Assembly: GCA_963699755.1 (NCBI GenBank)
Contig: CAVOVB010000003.1
Span: 416,001 to 480,000, forward strand
Length of the DNA stretch: 64,000 bases
Origin: an uncultured delta proteobacterium
GTDB taxonomy: Bacteria > Myxococcota_A > Polyangia > Polyangiales > Houyiibacteriaceae
Direction of reading: 5' to 3'
The notes under the pieces were generated by a model. That model worked only from the letters and a program-made list of their open reading frames with translations. It made no database searches and was not told the DNA's origin. Below, in pieces: positions 62,000-64,000 of this stretch. The first letter of the stretch is position 1. Every line of letters begins with the position of its first letter. The position numbers were made by a program, and so were the translations under genes.

Positions 62000-63007
62000 A
62001 TGAACTACTCGGCAGCAGTCAGCGAGACCTGGCGCCATCACGAGCTTGGCAACGCCAGACATGACTACGTGGGCCTGGTGCGGTATGCGACACTTGCCGC
62101 GTCCAGCCACAACACGCAGCCGTGGAAGTTCAAGCTCGAGCCGCGCAGGATTATGATTCGCCCGGACCTCTCACGACGCTGTCCGGAGGTCGATCCGGAT
62201 GATCATCACCTGTATGGAAGCCTGGGTTGTGCCGCCGAGAATTTGTTGCTGGCCGCCCAAGCCGGCGGCCTAGCAGGCCACTATTCCTACCATGCGTCCA
62301 CATCAAGTGTGCAAGTGGACTTCGAAGAGGCGACCCCCTTCCGCTCAGCCTTCTTCGAGGCCATCCCAAGGCGCCAGTGCAGTCGGGCCGACTACGACGG
62401 AAATTCGCTCTCCAATGACCGGCTCCGCCTGCTGGAGGAGGCCGGGCGCGGCGATGGAGTCTCGATCCTGCTTCTCACAGACAGCGCACGGAAAGAGCAG
62501 GTTGCCGAGTATGTCGCAGAGGGCAACACGGCCCAGTTCGGCGATCCTCAATGGGCCGAAGAGATGAGGAAGTGGATCCGTTTCAACGCTCGCAGCGCTG
62601 TGCGTACGGGGGACGGTCTGTACGGCGCGGTGCTGGGTATCCCCAACGTGCCCCGGTGGCTCGGGAAGCTCTTGATGCCCGTTGCGGTGTCGGCAGAGCG
62701 CCAGAACCAAAAGGACCTCAGACACATCCGAAGCTCCGCGGCAATCGCGGTGTTGTTCTCCGAACGCGACGACCAAGAGCACTGGATCGAGGCGGGGCGA
62801 AGCTACGAACGCCTTGCGCTCCAGGCCGCCGCGTTGGATCTGCGCACCGCCTTCATCAACCAGCCCGTCGAAGTTCCCGTTCTCCGCGCGCAGTTTGCCA
62901 GTTTTCTCGGCATCGCAAGTCGACGGCCGGACCTCGTGGTCCGGATCGGTCGAGGTCCTGAGATGCCGCGATCGTTGCGGCGGCCTGTGGAGCAAGTTCT
63001 CGTTTGA
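62000..63007 (+). CDS. Acg-family FMN-binding nitroreductase-like protein
   Basis: LAASSHNTQPW, SLGCAAEN, FINQPVEV, RSLRRPV. Confidence 0.85.
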   Translation: MNYSAAVSETWRHHELGNARHDYVGLVRYATLAASSHNTQPWKFKLEPRRIMIRPDLSRRCPEVDPDDHHLYGSLGCAAENLLLAAQAGGLAGHYSYHASTSSVQVDFEEATPFRSAFFEAIPRRQCSRADYDGNSLSNDRLRLLEEAGRGDGVSILLLTDSARKEQVAEYVAEGNTAQFGDPQWAEEMRKWIRFNARSAVRTGDGLYGAVLGIPNVPRWLGKLLMPVAVSAERQNQKDLRHIRSSAAIAVLFSERDDQEHWIEAGRSYERLALQAAALDLRTAFINQPVEVPVLRAQFASFLGIASRRPDLVVRIGRGPEMPRSLRRPVEQVLV

Positions 63008-63028
63008 GTCCGTTCGAAAGGAGTCCTG

Positions 63029-63550
63029 ATGGCACAGCAGGTCGACGGCGAGTTCGCGGGCCACTTCCTTGAACGTCTGTACGCGGCCGTGAATGCGCAC
63101 GACGCCAACGCCGTGGCCGCGCTCTGCTCAGAAGGCATCGTGTGGGAGGACCCAGCCGCGCCCGAAGCGCTGCACGGACGCGAGGCCGTGTGCCGGTTCC
63201 ACCGCGACATCATGTTCCGAGCAATTCCAGACGTGAAAATCGAGCTCGTCGACGGGCCGTACCTCGCTCTCAACGGCACGAGCGTCGCGGTTCGGTCGCG
63301 CATCAGTGGAACGATGACCGGGCCGCTGACACCGCCAGGCTTTGCGCCAACCGGGGGAGCCATCGAGTTCGAGACGGCGGAGTTCTCGCAGTTCGATGGC
63401 GACTTGCTCGCCCGCCACGCGGTGGTGCTAGACATGCTCGGACTGGCGCGCCAGATCCACGCGGTGCCCAAAGCGGGTAGCTTCGCCGATCGGTTCGGCG
63501 TCTGGCTCCAGCACATCGCCGCGCGCCGAGCACGAAGGCATCGGGCGTGA
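63029..63550 (+). CDS. SnoaL-like / ester cyclase (NTF2 fold)
   Basis: AGGAG RBS; 'NAHD...DPA...GREAV...PD...GTMTGPL...APTG'. Confidence 0.82.
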   Translation: MAQQVDGEFAGHFLERLYAAVNAHDANAVAALCSEGIVWEDPAAPEALHGREAVCRFHRDIMFRAIPDVKIELVDGPYLALNGTSVAVRSRISGTMTGPLTPPGFAPTGGAIEFETAEFSQFDGDLLARHAVVLDMLGLARQIHAVPKAGSFADRFGVWLQHIAARRARRHRA

Positions 63551-63604
63551 CGCCGGATCGAGCGACTCAGCTCGGAGAGCCTTCACGCCAAGGGATGAAT
63601 CACG

Positions 63605-64000
63605 ATGCACGCAAGACACTTCTTATGGATTGGGATCGCGGTCGCGGGGGCTTTACTGGCGGGCGGCGCCATCTATGGAGCGTTTTCAGCCGATCTTTCT
63701 GCCGAGCGCGCACGGGTGAACCAAGGAAGTGAGCTTTTTCAGAGCCGCTTTGGCGCGATGGAATACGCCGTGGCCGGAGACAAAGAAGGTCCGCCAGTCC
63801 TCATGGTCCACGGCACCGGTGGCGGCTTCGACCAGGGGCTCGGGGCGTCTGAACCCTTAATCGCTGCGGGTTATCGGATCATCGCACCGTCCCGGTTCGG
63901 CTATCTGCGCTCTGCGTTCCCGCAGGATCCGTCTTCGGAACATCAGGCGGATGCCATCGTAGATCTGATGGATCACCTCAGCATCGATCGCGCTCCGGTG
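63605..64000 (+). CDS. Alpha/beta hydrolase (3' partial)
   Basis: N-terminal TM, 'PPVLMVHGTGGGFDQG', 'IIAPSRFGYLRS'; runs off the window. Confidence 0.82.
   Translation, partial: MHARHFLWIGIAVAGALLAGGAIYGAFSADLSAERARVNQGSELFQSRFGAMEYAVAGDKEGPPVLMVHGTGGGFDQGLGASEPLIAAGYRIIAPSRFGYLRSAFPQDPSSEHQADAIVDLMDHLSIDRAPV

Larger units (their letters stand above)
47912..64000. mobile_element. tRNA-Glu-anchored array of genomic islets / gene cassettes (may extend beyond the window)
   Basis: Integrase next to the tRNA 3' end; seven downstream copies of the tRNA 3'-end core; accessory cargo and pseudogenes. Confidence 0.8.

Noticed and set aside
47923..64000. Prophage
   Set aside because: No structural, replication or lysis genes are recognisable.

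Overview
High-GC DNA, most consistent with Myxococcota (Polyangia-like), judged from an AgmK-like giant TPR protein, a MYXO-CTERM-type/beta-barrel pair and GGT-repeat secreted proteins. Positions 1-47.7 kb are mostly core genome: queG, obg, hisS, a MoxR/VWA pair, yceD-rpmF-fabG-acpP-fabF-rpiB, HMG-CoA lyase, truA, asd, TolC, a NUDIX hydrolase and a sulfite/nitrite reductase. At 47.74-47.92 kb lie tRNA-Gln(CTG) and tRNA-Glu(CTC), followed by an N-terminally truncated tyrosine integrase. The main finding is downstream of tRNA-Glu. Seven copies of a composite site cut the region into 0.76-3.7 kb cargo units (lipoproteins, a RelE/ParE toxin-antitoxin pair, TetR plus methyltransferase and others). 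Each site contains the tRNA-Glu 3' end (TGGGGTCACC[A]) followed by a terminator or a putative arm-site block. Each is preceded by a minus-strand frame for a conserved 25-34 aa peptide (VTPxxxSWNxxxxFxx(E/D)WxxL). Left and right halves occur in all four combinations. This looks like a tRNA-anchored, integron-like cassette array built by site-specific recombination, with displaced recombinase C-terminal tails marking each junction. The mechanism is inferred, not shown.
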